A stretch of DNA of 64,000 nucleotides from Longimicrobiales bacterium (GCA_965204735.1 OZ242008.1:3104001-3168000); one strand, 5' to 3'; positions 48,705-58,471 are shown, counted from the first letter of the stretch. The notes: generated from the letters alone by a model not told the origin. Program-made: numbers and translations.

Positions 48705-51530
48705 ATGCCCGCCAACGCCGAAGTCGTGGTGAACGGTCGCTTGGGAGAAGCTCTCCGGAGCAAGCACCCCCTTTGGCGCGAGGGAATCGGCGTGGAACAG
48801 TCGAGGGTGCTGCGGGAGACGGCGCGCCGGCCCGACATCCTGGTTCGCCGCGCGGGAGCGCAGCCTGTGGTCGTGGAGACCGAGTTTCCTCCGGGCCGGG
48901 GCGTGGAGGGCGACGCGCGCGCCCGTCTCGGTCGGGCGTTGGCCGATTCCGAGGTCGTGGAGCAATCCATTGCCGTGCTGCTGCCCGAGGAGCTGAGGAC
49001 GATGCGGCACGGTCTTCGGGAGCATCTTGCCACGACGGAGTTTCGGTACGCCGCCTTCTCCGGCTCGCCGGCGGCGCCGCGCCGCTGGCCGAAGGAGGGT
49101 TGGCTCGCCGGCGGCATCGACGACTTGGCCGCGTGCATCGAGCACGCTTCGATCTCCGAGCGCAGCGTGGCCGAGGGCACCGAGATCCTGGAGCGGGGCG
49201 TGCGCGCGACTGCGCGGCAACTTCAGGACTTCGCAAAGTGCGAGAAGACGAACACGTTGGACAGGATCGCCGGCGTGCTTCATCAGGAAGTCGGCGAACA
49301 GACGACGCGCATGGCCATGGCGATCGTCGCCAACGCCATGACGTTTCATGCGGCGGTCGCCGGCACGCACGACATTCCCGACCTGAGCGACCTTCGCCAC
49401 ATGTACTCGACCGACGTGGTGGACAAGGGAAAGCTCCTCGGGTGCTGGGCGCGCATCCTTGCCGAGATCAACTACTGGCCGATCTTCAGCATCGCTTCCG
49501 ATCTGCTGGCGGCAGTGCCGCAACGCATGACCAACCACCTGCTGAAGGTGCTCGAGCCCGTTGCCACGAAGCTGGCGGCGATCGGCGGAGTCGGCGCCCA
49601 CGACTTGTCGGGCCAGATGTTCCAGCGCTTGATCGTGGACCGCAAGTTCCTGGCGACGTTCTACACCTTGCCGGCGTCGGCGGCTTTGCTGGCGGAGCTG
49701 GCGGTTCCGCGCCTGAACGTGGATTGGAGCGACCCGCAGGAGTTGTGCCGACTGAGGATCGCCGACCTGGCATGCGGGACGGGAACGCTTCTCAACGCCG
49801 CCTACCAATCCCTGCGCCGCCGACACCGTCACGAGGGAGGCGACGACGCGCTTCTTCATCCGTCGATGATGGAGACCGTGCTGGTTGCGGCGGACATCAT
49901 GCCCGCGGCGACTCACCTCGCGGCGTCGGTGCTCTCCGGCGCACACCCCTCGGTCCCCTTCTCGAACACGCGCATCTTGACGATGCCCTACGGCGAGCAG
50001 CCGACGGAGAGCGGACATCCGCTGTCGATCGGCTCGCTGGACCTGCTGGAGGACGAGACGGCGCGGTCCCGCGATCTTCCCCACGAGAGCGGGGACCTGC
50101 TGATCATGAACCCGCCCTTCACCCGGCCCACCAACCACGAATCCACTACGATTCCCGTGCCGTCCTTCGCAGGCTTCGACACCTCCAGGGACGAGCAGCA
50201 CGCCATGTCCGCCAAGCTGGCCCGCCTGCGCAAGCGGCTCGATGCTCCGGGAGGCGCCGGAAACGCGGGGTTGGCGTCGTACTTTGTCGACTTGGCCCAT
50301 GTGAAGACCAAGCCGGGCGGGGTCGTTGCGCTGGTGCTTCCGGCTGCGTTCGTTCAGGGCGAATCCTGGGCGGGCGCGCGGAGAGTGCTGGAGGCGTTCT
50401 ACGAGGACTTGCTGGTGGTGTCCGTCGCCGCGAGCGGGAGGACCGACCGGGCCTTTTCCGCCGACACCGGCATGGGCGAGGTGCTGGTGGTGGCTACGAA
50501 GAGGCGGCACGAGACCACCGTGGCCGCCGACGTGTTGTTCGTGAACCTGACCCGGCGGCCCCGCAGCCTGGCCGAGGGCGCGGCCGTGGCGTCGGCAGTC
50601 CGTCGGCTGCCCGCTGGGCGCAACGGCCGCATCACCCTGGGCGACGACGACGTAGGTACGTTCGTGCGCGCGCCTCTCGCGCAGGGCGGTTGCGCGGCCC
50701 TCCGCGAGCCGGCGTTGGCGGACGCCATGCTGATGCTGGCCACGGGGGAGCTGCGGCTGCCTCGCACTGCACGGCGCATACATCTCCCGGTGGCGCGCCT
50801 CGGCCGCCTCGGCAGGCGCGGCAAGCTCGACCGGGACATCTCGGGCAAGCAGCCCGACGGCACGCCGCGCGGTCCATTCGACGTCCACGTCGCCCGGGAA
50901 CGACCGATCTACCCGGTCCTGTGGTCGCACGACGCCGCTCGGGAGCGAAGCTTGGTGGTCGCCCCCAGGCAGCAGGGCGTCGTGCGAGAGGGGTGCGACG
51001 ATCACGCGGCCAAGCTGTGGAAGGCGACGGCCTCCCGACTTCACTTCAACCGAGACTTCGGGCTCAGGTCCCAGAGCTTGGCCGCCTGCTTGACGCCGGA
51101 GAAGAGCATCGGCGGCCGGGCGTGGCCCAACTTCGTGGTCGATCGGCCGGAGTGGGAGAAGCCCCTGGCGCTGTGGGCGAACAGCACGCTGGGGATCATG
51201 TGCTTCTGGTGGGTGGGGATGCGTCAGCAGCAAGGCCGGGCCATACTGACGATCAGCCGCCTGCCCCGCCTGCTGGTCCTCGATCCGCGGGCGTTGTCGG
51301 AAGACCAGATCGACCAAGCGGGCCAGGTGTTCGACCACTTCAAGGACGTGAAGATGCTCCCCGCCAACGAGGCCTACCGCGACGCCGCGCGCCAGGAGAT
51401 CGACCGGGCGCTGCTGGTGGACGTGCTGGGGTTGGCGGACGGCCTGCTCGAGCCGCTGGCGGCGCTGCGCGACGCTTGGTGCGCCGAGCCGACGGTCCAC
51501 GGCGGCAAGACGACGAGGCCGCCGTCGTGA
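48705..51530 (+). CDS. Type IIG-like fused restriction endonuclease / N6-adenine methyltransferase
   Basis: N-terminal RPDIL...VVETE nuclease-like motif; FYT (motif X), DLACGTGTLL (motif I), MNPPF (motif IV); C-terminal TRD-like region. Confidence 0.78.
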   Translation: MPANAEVVVNGRLGEALRSKHPLWREGIGVEQSRVLRETARRPDILVRRAGAQPVVVETEFPPGRGVEGDARARLGRALADSEVVEQSIAVLLPEELRTMRHGLREHLATTEFRYAAFSGSPAAPRRWPKEGWLAGGIDDLAACIEHASISERSVAEGTEILERGVRATARQLQDFAKCEKTNTLDRIAGVLHQEVGEQTTRMAMAIVANAMTFHAAVAGTHDIPDLSDLRHMYSTDVVDKGKLLGCWARILAEINYWPIFSIASDLLAAVPQRMTNHLLKVLEPVATKLAAIGGVGAHDLSGQMFQRLIVDRKFLATFYTLPASAALLAELAVPRLNVDWSDPQELCRLRIADLACGTGTLLNAAYQSLRRRHRHEGGDDALLHPSMMETVLVAADIMPAATHLAASVLSGAHPSVPFSNTRILTMPYGEQPTESGHPLSIGSLDLLEDETARSRDLPHESGDLLIMNPPFTRPTNHESTTIPVPSFAGFDTSRDEQHAMSAKLARLRKRLDAPGGAGNAGLASYFVDLAHVKTKPGGVVALVLPAAFVQGESWAGARRVLEAFYEDLLVVSVAASGRTDRAFSADTGMGEVLVVATKRRHETTVAADVLFVNLTRRPRSLAEGAAVASAVRRLPAGRNGRITLGDDDVGTFVRAPLAQGGCAALREPALADAMLMLATGELRLPRTARRIHLPVARLGRLGRRGKLDRDISGKQPDGTPRGPFDVHVARERPIYPVLWSHDAARERSLVVAPRQQGVVREGCDDHAAKLWKATASRLHFNRDFGLRSQSLAACLTPEKSIGGRAWPNFVVDRPEWEKPLALWANSTLGIMCFWWVGMRQQQGRAILTISRLPRLLVLDPRALSEDQIDQAGQVFDHFKDVKMLPANEAYRDAARQEIDRALLVDVLGLADGLLEPLAALRDAWCAEPTVHGGKTTRPPS

Positions 51531-53026
51531 ACGGAGACGGCGCCTCCGAGAAGCTCCGCAACGGCGCGGACGCGAAGGTCGACTTCAGCTTCGACGACCT
51601 CGTCGTTCCGGACATGAGGCCGCGCAGCCTGATCCGCCACTTCGGGCCGGGGATGATCCTCATGATGACCGGGATCGGCACCAGCCACCTCGTCACCGCG
51701 CCGGTGGCGGGCGGGCGCTTCGAGTACGCCCTGCTCTGGTGCATTCTGGTCGCCTACGTCTTCAAGTACTACGGCTTCGAGATGGCGTTCCGCTTCACCA
51801 ACGCGACGGGCAAGAGCCTGATTGCGGCCTACGCCACCGCGCCCGGCAAGCTGCCGGTCTGGTACGTGCTGGTCACCACGATCGTCCAGTGCGCCGTGGG
51901 ACAGGCGGGCAGGCTGGTCGCCGCGGCCGCCGTGCTGTACTACTTGTTTTCGGCGACCCTGGGAGCGGCGGTTCCGCTCTGGGCGTGGGCGGCGCTGATC
52001 GGCGTGGCATCGGTGGTGGCGCTGCTGCGGGGCCAGTACGCCGCCCTGGAGACGGGCGCCAAGGTCGCGGGCGGGCTGCTCTTCGCGTCCGCCGTGATCG
52101 TCTACGTCGTTCGCCCGGCGCCGGCGGCGGAGATGGCCGCCTTCTTCGTGTTCGATGCGCCGGAAGGTTCGTGGATCGTGATCGCGGCGTTGCTGGGCTT
52201 GCTGCCGACGGGTCTGGACGTGTCGCTCCAGGCGTCGGAATGGGGCAAGGCCAAGCGCGCCGGAATGAGCAGGATCAGAGATCGATTGGAAGACGCGGGG
52301 CTCGCAACGCCGTTCGATCCCTTCGCGCCCAAGGCGTCGGACCTGACCGTCGACGTCTCGCGGCTGCCCGAACGCGCTGCGGAGTACAGCCGTCGCTGCT
52401 TCAGGATCGGCCTGTGGGACTTTCGGCTGGGCCACGTCGTGTCCATGGCGATTGCGACGATCTTCCTGGTGCTGGCGGCCGTGTGGCTGCACCCCAGCGC
52501 CGTCGAGGGCCGCCCCGTGATGGGCGAGATCGCCGGCATCTTCACCGGGAGCGTGGGGCCGTGGATGATGGTCGTGTTCATGATCGGCGCATTCGCGGCC
52601 ACCTTCTCCACCGCCTTCAACTACTTCGACGGCTGGCCCCGCATCGTCGGCGCGTGCGCCCGCAACCTCTTTCCCGCCACCGCTGCGCTCCGGGGAACGG
52701 CAAGGGACCGCATCGGCGCCGAGCATCGCCGCCGCTGGTTCTCCGAGTACAACATCTACCGGGCCACCATGATCTACTCGCTGGCGGCGGCGGTGGTCTT
52801 CGTGGCCCTGGTGCCGCGTCCGGTCTTTCTCGTGCTGATCGCTTCCGCCCTGGCCACCTTCGTCGCTCCCGTGATCTTCTTCCTGAACTTCCACTACTGC
52901 GTGAAGGTCATCCCCAAGGAGGACCGCTTCTTCTACCCGTCGCTCTTCGCCCGGACGTTCACGATGGTCAGCATCGCGGTGTTTTCGGCGTTGAGCGTGG
53001 TCAGCCTGATCGTGCTGCTGCGCTGA
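51527..53026 (+). CDS. NRAMP-like divalent metal transporter
   Basis: FGPGMIL...IGTSHLV.AP.AG..F.Y.LLW, RFT.ATGKSL..AY, TFST....DGWPR; about 11 TM helices; GTG overlaps the R-M stop. Confidence 0.75.
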   Translation: MNGDGASEKLRNGADAKVDFSFDDLVVPDMRPRSLIRHFGPGMILMMTGIGTSHLVTAPVAGGRFEYALLWCILVAYVFKYYGFEMAFRFTNATGKSLIAAYATAPGKLPVWYVLVTTIVQCAVGQAGRLVAAAAVLYYLFSATLGAAVPLWAWAALIGVASVVALLRGQYAALETGAKVAGGLLFASAVIVYVVRPAPAAEMAAFFVFDAPEGSWIVIAALLGLLPTGLDVSLQASEWGKAKRAGMSRIRDRLEDAGLATPFDPFAPKASDLTVDVSRLPERAAEYSRRCFRIGLWDFRLGHVVSMAIATIFLVLAAVWLHPSAVEGRPVMGEIAGIFTGSVGPWMMVVFMIGAFAATFSTAFNYFDGWPRIVGACARNLFPATAALRGTARDRIGAEHRRRWFSEYNIYRATMIYSLAAAVVFVALVPRPVFLVLIASALATFVAPVIFFLNFHYCVKVIPKEDRFFYPSLFARTFTMVSIAVFSALSVVSLIVLLR

Positions 53027-54026
53027 CGCGTTCGCCGGCGCCTCCGGAGGCCGCCTCGTACAGCCCCGCCACCTCCGCCCGCTGACGCACCAAGGCCAGC
53101 ACCACGTCGATCGTCGGCGTCTCCACGCCCACCAGGCGGCCCATCTCCTGCACGGCGGCGACGACGGCATCGATCTCCATCGCGCGACCGCTCTCCAGGT
53201 CCTGGAGCATCGACGTGCGGTGGGCACCCACGGCGGCGGTTCCTTCGATCCGCTTCTCCAGGTCGATGCGGAAGCGCACGCCCAGCGCCTCGCCGATCTG
53301 CTTGGCTTCGGTCATCATCGACTTGGCGACGGTGCGGGTGCCCGCCTCGGTGGCGATTCGGTCCAGCGGCGCAAGCGTGAGCGCGCTGATCGGGTTGAAG
53401 GAGACGTTGCCCCACAGCTTCACCCAGATCTCGTCGCGGATCGAGCGCACCGGCGCGCGCAACCCGGCGGCGACCAGGGCGCGGCTCAGCGCCCTCACCC
53501 GGGGCGTCTTCTCCCCCGACGGCTCGCCCAGCGTGAAGCGGTTCCCGTAGGTGTGGCGGATCACGCCGGGCTCGACGATCTCGGTGGCGGCGTACACCAC
53601 GCAGCCGATTGCCCGCTCCGGTCCGATCCCCCTCCACTGCCGCCCCCCCGGATCCACGCTCTCCAGCGCGTGTCCCTCCAGCCGACCGCCGGCTTTGTGG
53701 AAGTACCACCAGGGCACTCCGTTCTGGGCCGTGACCACCGCCGTGTCGGGTCCCAGCAACGGCTGCATCGCGTCCACGACCTTCGGCGCCGAGTGAGCCT
53801 TGAGGGCGACGATCACGTAGTCCTGGGGGCCGGCCTCGGCCGGGTCGCCGGTGCAGAAGGGGCTGGCGCGGAGAGGGCCGTCCGCTGCGAGCACGGTGAC
53901 TCCCTTCCGCTGCATTGCCGCCAAGTGGGGACCTCGGGCGATCAGGGTCGTGTCCACTCCCGAGCGGGCCAAGTGGAGTCCCAGGTAGCCGCCCGTCGCG
54001 CCAGCCCCGTAGACCGCGACCTTCAC
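53001..54026 (-). CDS. panE: 2-dehydropantoate 2-reductase family protein (possible oxalyl-CoA reductase)
   Basis: GAGATGG, ARGPHL, QNGVPWWYF, IWVKLWGN, TSMLQD, EIDA. Confidence 0.85.
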   Translation of the reverse strand: MKVAVYGAGATGGYLGLHLARSGVDTTLIARGPHLAAMQRKGVTVLAADGPLRASPFCTGDPAEAGPQDYVIVALKAHSAPKVVDAMQPLLGPDTAVVTAQNGVPWWYFHKAGGRLEGHALESVDPGGRQWRGIGPERAIGCVVYAATEIVEPGVIRHTYGNRFTLGEPSGEKTPRVRALSRALVAAGLRAPVRSIRDEIWVKLWGNVSFNPISALTLAPLDRIATEAGTRTVAKSMMTEAKQIGEALGVRFRIDLEKRIEGTAAVGAHRTSMLQDLESGRAMEIDAVVAAVQEMGRLVGVETPTIDVVLALVRQRAEVAGLYEAASGGAGERVSAAARSG

Positions 54027-55714
54027 CGAGCCGCGTCGCCGGGCGCGGCGCCCAGCCCCAGCAGCTCCGCCAAACCGATCCTGCGCAGCTTGCCCGTCGG
54101 TCCCTTGGGGATCTCGTCCAGGACGACGACCTTGCGCGGCACCTTGAAGCCGGCCAAGCGCGATGCGGCAAACGCCCGGACGTCGGCGGCAACCCGCTCG
54201 GCATCGGCCCGCTCGGCAACGGCGTCGGCCCGCTCGGCAACGGCCTCGGCTCGGCCGGCAGCGGCAGCGGCTCGCTCGGCAACGGCGTCGGCTCGGTCGG
54301 CAACGGCGGCAACCCGCTCGGTGGTCCCCGAGAGCGGCGCCCCCTCCCGCACCACGACCGCGGCGGCCACCTCTTCTCCCAGCTTGGCGTGGGGCATCGC
54401 GAAGGTGACCGCCTGCTGCACGGCCGGGTGGTCCATCAGCACCTCGTCCACTTCCTGCGGCGACACCTTCTCGCCGCCCCGGTTGATGATCTCCTTGAGG
54501 CGCCCGGTGATCGTGAAGTAGCCGTCCTCGTCCCGAAAGCCCAGGTCGCCGGTGCGGAACCAGCCGCGGGTGAACACCGCCGCGTTCGCCTTCGGGTTGT
54601 TCTCGTAGCCAAGGGTGACGTTCGGCCCCCGGATCACGACCTCGCCCTCGACGCCGGGCGGCAGGTGGGTCCCGTCCTCGTCCACGACCGAGACCTCGGG
54701 ACCCGCCGCGGGGCCCACGGTTCCCGCCTTGCGGAGAGCCGGCGGCAGGGGATTGCACGTCATCTGGTGGGCGGCTTCGGTCATGGCGTACGCCTCCACC
54801 ACGGGCGCGCCGAAGGTCTCCTCCAGCTCCGCCATGACCCTGGTGGGCAGCGACGCCGAAGAGGACCGGACGAAGCGCAGCTTGGTCCGCTTCACCGATT
54901 CCGGGTTGCGCGCGGCCCGCGCCAGGATCGCTTGGTGCATCGTCGGGACGGCGGAGTACCATGTGGGGACGCACTCGTCGAACCAGCCGAACACCTTCAG
55001 CGCGTTGAAGCCGGGCGTGCAGTGCACGCTTGCCCCCGCGCCCAGAGTCGAGAGCACGCAGGCCATGAGGCCGTGGATGTGGAAGAGGGGCATGACGTTC
55101 AGGCAGCGGTCGCTCGGCTCCAGCGCCAAGGTCTCGCGAATGTGGCGGGCCGTGGCGCACACGTTGCTGTGCAGGAGCGGGACGATCTTGGGGCGGGACG
55201 TGGTCCCGGACGTGTGCAGCACCAGGGCCGTGTCGTCGGGCGTCGCCATGCCCGGACGGGCGGCCGGGGCCCGACCGGCGACAGGCGGGGTCGCAAACTC
55301 GAAGACGCCGGCGGGCCGATCCGGGTCGGCGCTCACCTCCAGCACCGGGGCGCCGAGTTCGGCGGCGGCGGATCGGGCGGGCGACGGATCGCCTTCCGCG
55401 ACGATCAGCGCCTTCGCCCCCAGGTCCGACAGGTAGAAGGCGAACTCGGGCTTCGTGTAGCGCGGGTTGAGAGGCGCGGTGACGGCGCCCGCCGCGACGG
55501 AGACGAAGGCGCTCGCCATCTCGGGTCCGTTGGGCAGGACGATTGCAACGCGGTCGCCGCGTCCCACTCCCCGCTCGTTGAGCGCCGCCACCGTGCGCTC
55601 CACCTGTCCGCGAAGGACTTGGTAGGTGGCATCGGGACGGCCGGGCGCCGAAAGGGCGACTGCCGAGTCGGCGCCTGCGCGGAGGAGCTGCGGGATCGTG
55701 GCGGGTTCGGGCAT
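54023..55714 (-). CDS. Acyl-CoA synthetase (oxalate--CoA ligase-like)
   Basis: HTSGTTSRPK, MPLFHIHGL, YSAVPTMHQ, EAYAMTEAAHQM, FRTGDLG, NRGGEK, PKGPTGK. Confidence 0.85.
   Translation of the reverse strand: MPEPATIPQLLRAGADSAVALSAPGRPDATYQVLRGQVERTVAALNERGVGRGDRVAIVLPNGPEMASAFVSVAAGAVTAPLNPRYTKPEFAFYLSDLGAKALIVAEGDPSPARSAAAELGAPVLEVSADPDRPAGVFEFATPPVAGRAPAARPGMATPDDTALVLHTSGTTSRPKIVPLLHSNVCATARHIRETLALEPSDRCLNVMPLFHIHGLMACVLSTLGAGASVHCTPGFNALKVFGWFDECVPTWYSAVPTMHQAILARAARNPESVKRTKLRFVRSSSASLPTRVMAELEETFGAPVVEAYAMTEAAHQMTCNPLPPALRKAGTVGPAAGPEVSVVDEDGTHLPPGVEGEVVIRGPNVTLGYENNPKANAAVFTRGWFRTGDLGFRDEDGYFTITGRLKEIINRGGEKVSPQEVDEVLMDHPAVQQAVTFAMPHAKLGEEVAAAVVVREGAPLSGTTERVAAVADRADAVAERAAAAAGRAEAVAERADAVAERADAERVAADVRAFAASRLAGFKVPRKVVVLDEIPKGPTGKLRRIGLAELLGLGAAPGDAAR
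54185..54321 (-). repeat. In-frame 21-bp tandem repeat (about 6 degenerate copies) in the acyl-CoA synthetase
   Basis: Encodes (A)ERADAV-like heptads: ERVAAVADRADAVAERAAAAAGRAEAVAERADAVAERADAERVAA. Confidence 0.85.
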
Positions 55715-55761
55715 GAGGACGAAGGTAGCGTCCGCCAGGGGGCCGTGCAGCCTCGTCCGGC

Positions 55762-57810
55762 CTACCTCGACCCCCCGAACGAGACCTTGCCCCCCACGTA
55801 CACGCCGCGCCCAGGCGCCGGGAAGCCCTGCGCTTCCTCGTACTCGGCGCCCAGCAGGTTCTCGGCGCGGATCGTCAGCACGAACGCCGGCCCGGGACCG
55901 CCTCCGCCGAACACCCGCACGTTGGCGGCTGCGTCCAGCACGGTGTAGGCGGGCAGCACGACGGCGACGGCGGGCCACGTCGCGAAGTCCCGGTCCGCCC
56001 GTTCCCCGATTCGACGCGCCGCCAGATCCACCGTCGCCCGGTCCCCTACGGGAAGAAAGACGCCGGCTGCGACGGTGTGCGTCGGGCGCCGAGGGAGGGG
56101 CTGCCCTTCGACGAACGCGGCCCCGTGTCCCTCGTCGAACCCGGCGTCCCGCACCTCCGTGTCCAGCCACGTGTACGACGCGTTCAGCCGCACCGGCCCC
56201 GCATCGACTTGCGCCTCCGCCTCCGCGCCCCGGCTCCGGGCCTCGGCCACGTTGTAGTAGTTGGGGCCGCCCGCGACCGGCGGCGAGAAGGTGTACTGGA
56301 TCAGGTTCCTGTAGCTCTGCCAGAAGCCGGTCAGGGACATCTCGACCCGACCTTTCCCGAACGACTGCTCCACGCCGCCCTCGACTCCCGTGGACCGCTC
56401 CGGCTCCAACTCCGGGTTGCCTATTGCAAAGCCCGACGCAAAGGACTCGAAGAAGGTGGGCTCCTTGATTCCAGTGCCGAGGGAGACCCGCAGCAGGGTC
56501 CCGGACGGCTGCAGACGCCAAGCTGCTCCCGCGCTCCACGTCGCCGCCGTCCCAAAGCGCTCGTTGTCCTCCAGCCGCGCCCCGGCGTTCCATGCCAGCT
56601 CCCGCCGACGCTGCGGTCCGACTCTCCTCGGCGTCCCTTCCTGCTGCCCCTGCCCCAGAACCGCTGCGAGCTGCACGTAGACGGCCCGGTTCGAGCGCTC
56701 GTTCTCCGAGGCGCCGTGGCTGGTCCCGTACTGCGAGAGCGACCGGCTGAAGTCCCGAACCGACTGTCGCTCCAGCTCCACGCCCGCCGTCAGCGTCGAT
56801 TCGCCGGCGAAGCGCCAAGTCCCCCTAGCGTCAGCCCTGGCCCGCCGCGCGTCGTTCAAGCTCTTGAAGCCGAAGAAGCCCAGCGTGTCGGCCGGTCCGT
56901 CGGACGCGTCGTCGGTTCCCCCGTCGGATTCGTGGACGGACAGTGCAAGGCGGGTCTCGAAGGCGTCGGTCCAGCGCCGCCCGGCGTCGAGCGCCACGGC
57001 CAGCGCGTCCCCGAAGGCGAAGGCGTTGCGGTCCACCAGCCGGCCCGAGCCGTCGGTCGGGTAGTGGAAGCGGTGGTCTTCGTAGCGAACCGACAGGCTC
57101 GCGTCGGTGCGGAGGTCAGGTTGGACATGGACTCGCCCGGTGGCCGTGGTCAGGCGATGGACGTTGTTGAAGGGGAGGATTCCGTCGGCGTCGTTGCGTC
57201 CCAGGGAGAAGGCGTAGGAGAGCAGCCCCGTGCCGCCGGAGACGCCGCCCTGCCACCTGCGGGCTCCAAAGCTGCCGGCCTGGAAGGACAGATCGGCGGT
57301 GGGCCGGCCCGCGCCCCGACGGGTCATGATGTGGATTACGCCGCTCACCGCGTCGGAGCCGTAGAGGGCGGACGCTGGTCCCCGGACGATCTCGATCCGC
57401 TCCACGTTGTCGGCGCCGACGGCCCCGAAGTCGAAGCGTCCGCCGGGCTCGTTGACGGGCACTCCATCCAGCAGGACCTGCACGTGGTCCGACTCGCCTC
57501 CGCGCAGGAAGACGGAAGTCGTGGCGCCGAAGGAGCCGTTGCGGACCACTGCAAGCCCGGCAACCTGCCGAAGCGCGTCGGCGACGTACTCGATTCCGGC
57601 CTGCTCCAGCGCCTCTCCGTCGACGACCGTGACGTGGGACGCCACCGTCCACTCGGGCGCCGGCCGTCGGTGCGCGGTGACCACGAGTCCCTCCAGCGGA
57701 ACCGGCTGGTCCTGGGCTTCGAGGGAGCCGGCCGCCGGAGTGGGCGACGGCACGGCCAGGAGGGCAGCCAATAAGGCGACCGGGAAAGGAACGTGGGCGA
57801 TGCGTCTCAT
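55762..57810 (-). CDS. btuB: TonB-dependent cobalamin receptor
   Basis: Signal peptide, LVVTA TonB box, LRGGESDH..VLLDG, ERIEIVRGPASALYGSDA; AGGAG RBS; cobalamin riboswitch upstream. Confidence 0.85.
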   Translation of the reverse strand: MRRIAHVPFPVALLAALLAVPSPTPAAGSLEAQDQPVPLEGLVVTAHRRPAPEWTVASHVTVVDGEALEQAGIEYVADALRQVAGLAVVRNGSFGATTSVFLRGGESDHVQVLLDGVPVNEPGGRFDFGAVGADNVERIEIVRGPASALYGSDAVSGVIHIMTRRGAGRPTADLSFQAGSFGARRWQGGVSGGTGLLSYAFSLGRNDADGILPFNNVHRLTTATGRVHVQPDLRTDASLSVRYEDHRFHYPTDGSGRLVDRNAFAFGDALAVALDAGRRWTDAFETRLALSVHESDGGTDDASDGPADTLGFFGFKSLNDARRARADARGTWRFAGESTLTAGVELERQSVRDFSRSLSQYGTSHGASENERSNRAVYVQLAAVLGQGQQEGTPRRVGPQRRRELAWNAGARLEDNERFGTAATWSAGAAWRLQPSGTLLRVSLGTGIKEPTFFESFASGFAIGNPELEPERSTGVEGGVEQSFGKGRVEMSLTGFWQSYRNLIQYTFSPPVAGGPNYYNVAEARSRGAEAEAQVDAGPVRLNASYTWLDTEVRDAGFDEGHGAAFVEGQPLPRRPTHTVAAGVFLPVGDRATVDLAARRIGERADRDFATWPAVAVVLPAYTVLDAAANVRVFGGGGPGPAFVLTIRAENLLGAEYEEAQGFPAPGRGVYVGGKVSFGGSR

Positions 57811-57905
57811 GTCGCTCTCCTTCCCGAGGAAAGAAGAGGGAGACGCCGACGCCTCAAGCGCCGGTCGCGGGCACCCTCACCTCCCCTCGGAGGTGTCTGG
57901 TGGGC

Positions 57906-58075
57906 GCCGAAGGAGCACGTCTCCTGGCTTCGAGGTCGTTCCGCTCGCCTTCCCAGGACCCGTCGCGGAGTCCCAGTGGCATGTCGAACGGTCGGTATTC
58001 CGGGGTGTTGCCCGGACCTCTTCACAGTGGCGGGGCCGCGCCGGCTTCGCACCGGCTTCCGTGAGCCCCCTCGGC
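57906..58075 (-). promoter_or_regulatory. Cobalamin riboswitch
   Basis: Minus strand reads GGAAGCCGGTGCGAAGCCGGCGCGGCCCCGCCACTGT...GCCACTGGG...GGGAAGGC...AGCCAGGAGAC (B12 box); P1 is GCCGAGGGGGC/GCTCCTTCGGC. Confidence 0.9.
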
Positions 58076-58094
58076 CTTGTCGGTTTGTGGGGGG

Positions 58095-58123
58095 AATGTG
58101 GCGGAGAGCACTCGCGGGTGCAA
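58095..58123 (-). promoter_or_regulatory. Putative sigma70 promoter for the riboswitch and btuB
   Basis: TTGCAC, 17-nt spacer, CACATT, about 20 nt upstream of riboswitch P1. Confidence 0.45.
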
Positions 58124-58132
58124 GACCCCGCC

Positions 58133-58202
58133 CAGCTGGGCATCGAGGTGATCCTGGCGAACTCGCCACAGGCGAAGGGCTGGGTCGAGCGGGCGTTTCG
58201 GG
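58133..58202 (+). pseudogene. Short remnant of an ISNCY/IS1202-type transposase
   Basis: Translates QLGIEVILANSPQAKGWVERAF, resembling the LGI..I.A.SPQAKGRVER motif around the catalytic Glu. Confidence 0.6.
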
Positions 58203-58218
58203 CGAACAGGCCCATCCA

Positions 58219-58471
58219 GACATTCGGGAGTCCCATTCCGCCATTTGAGCGCTGGGCTCGCCCTGCGACAGTTCTTGGGACGCAACCCGTCAGCTCCCTC
58301 CACAGCCAGCCGGTGGACCTTGCCGCCACCGCTGCCGGCCGGGAGGCGCTCGTTCCCGAACCACGCTTCCTCCGAGCAACGTCCATGGCAACCGACAACC
58401 CGCGAGGCCGCACTCCCGACCGCGAGTCGAGCGGTCCTCCCAACCCGGCGATCCGCCAGTCGAAAGACAAG
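58219..58471 (+). repeat. Rpn type A leader plus 5' end, copy 1 (copy 2 at 63749-64000)
   Basis: About 250-bp highly similar direct repeat GACATTCGGGAGTCCCATTCCG...GACAAGA. Confidence 0.9.

Noticed and set aside
46742..53026. 2094-aa + strand ORF and many other long ORFs in the track
   Set aside because: Shadow ORFs of high-GC DNA (Arg/Pro/Gly-rich, antisense or off-frame to recognisable genes); only the last 500 codons (NRAMP) are credible here.
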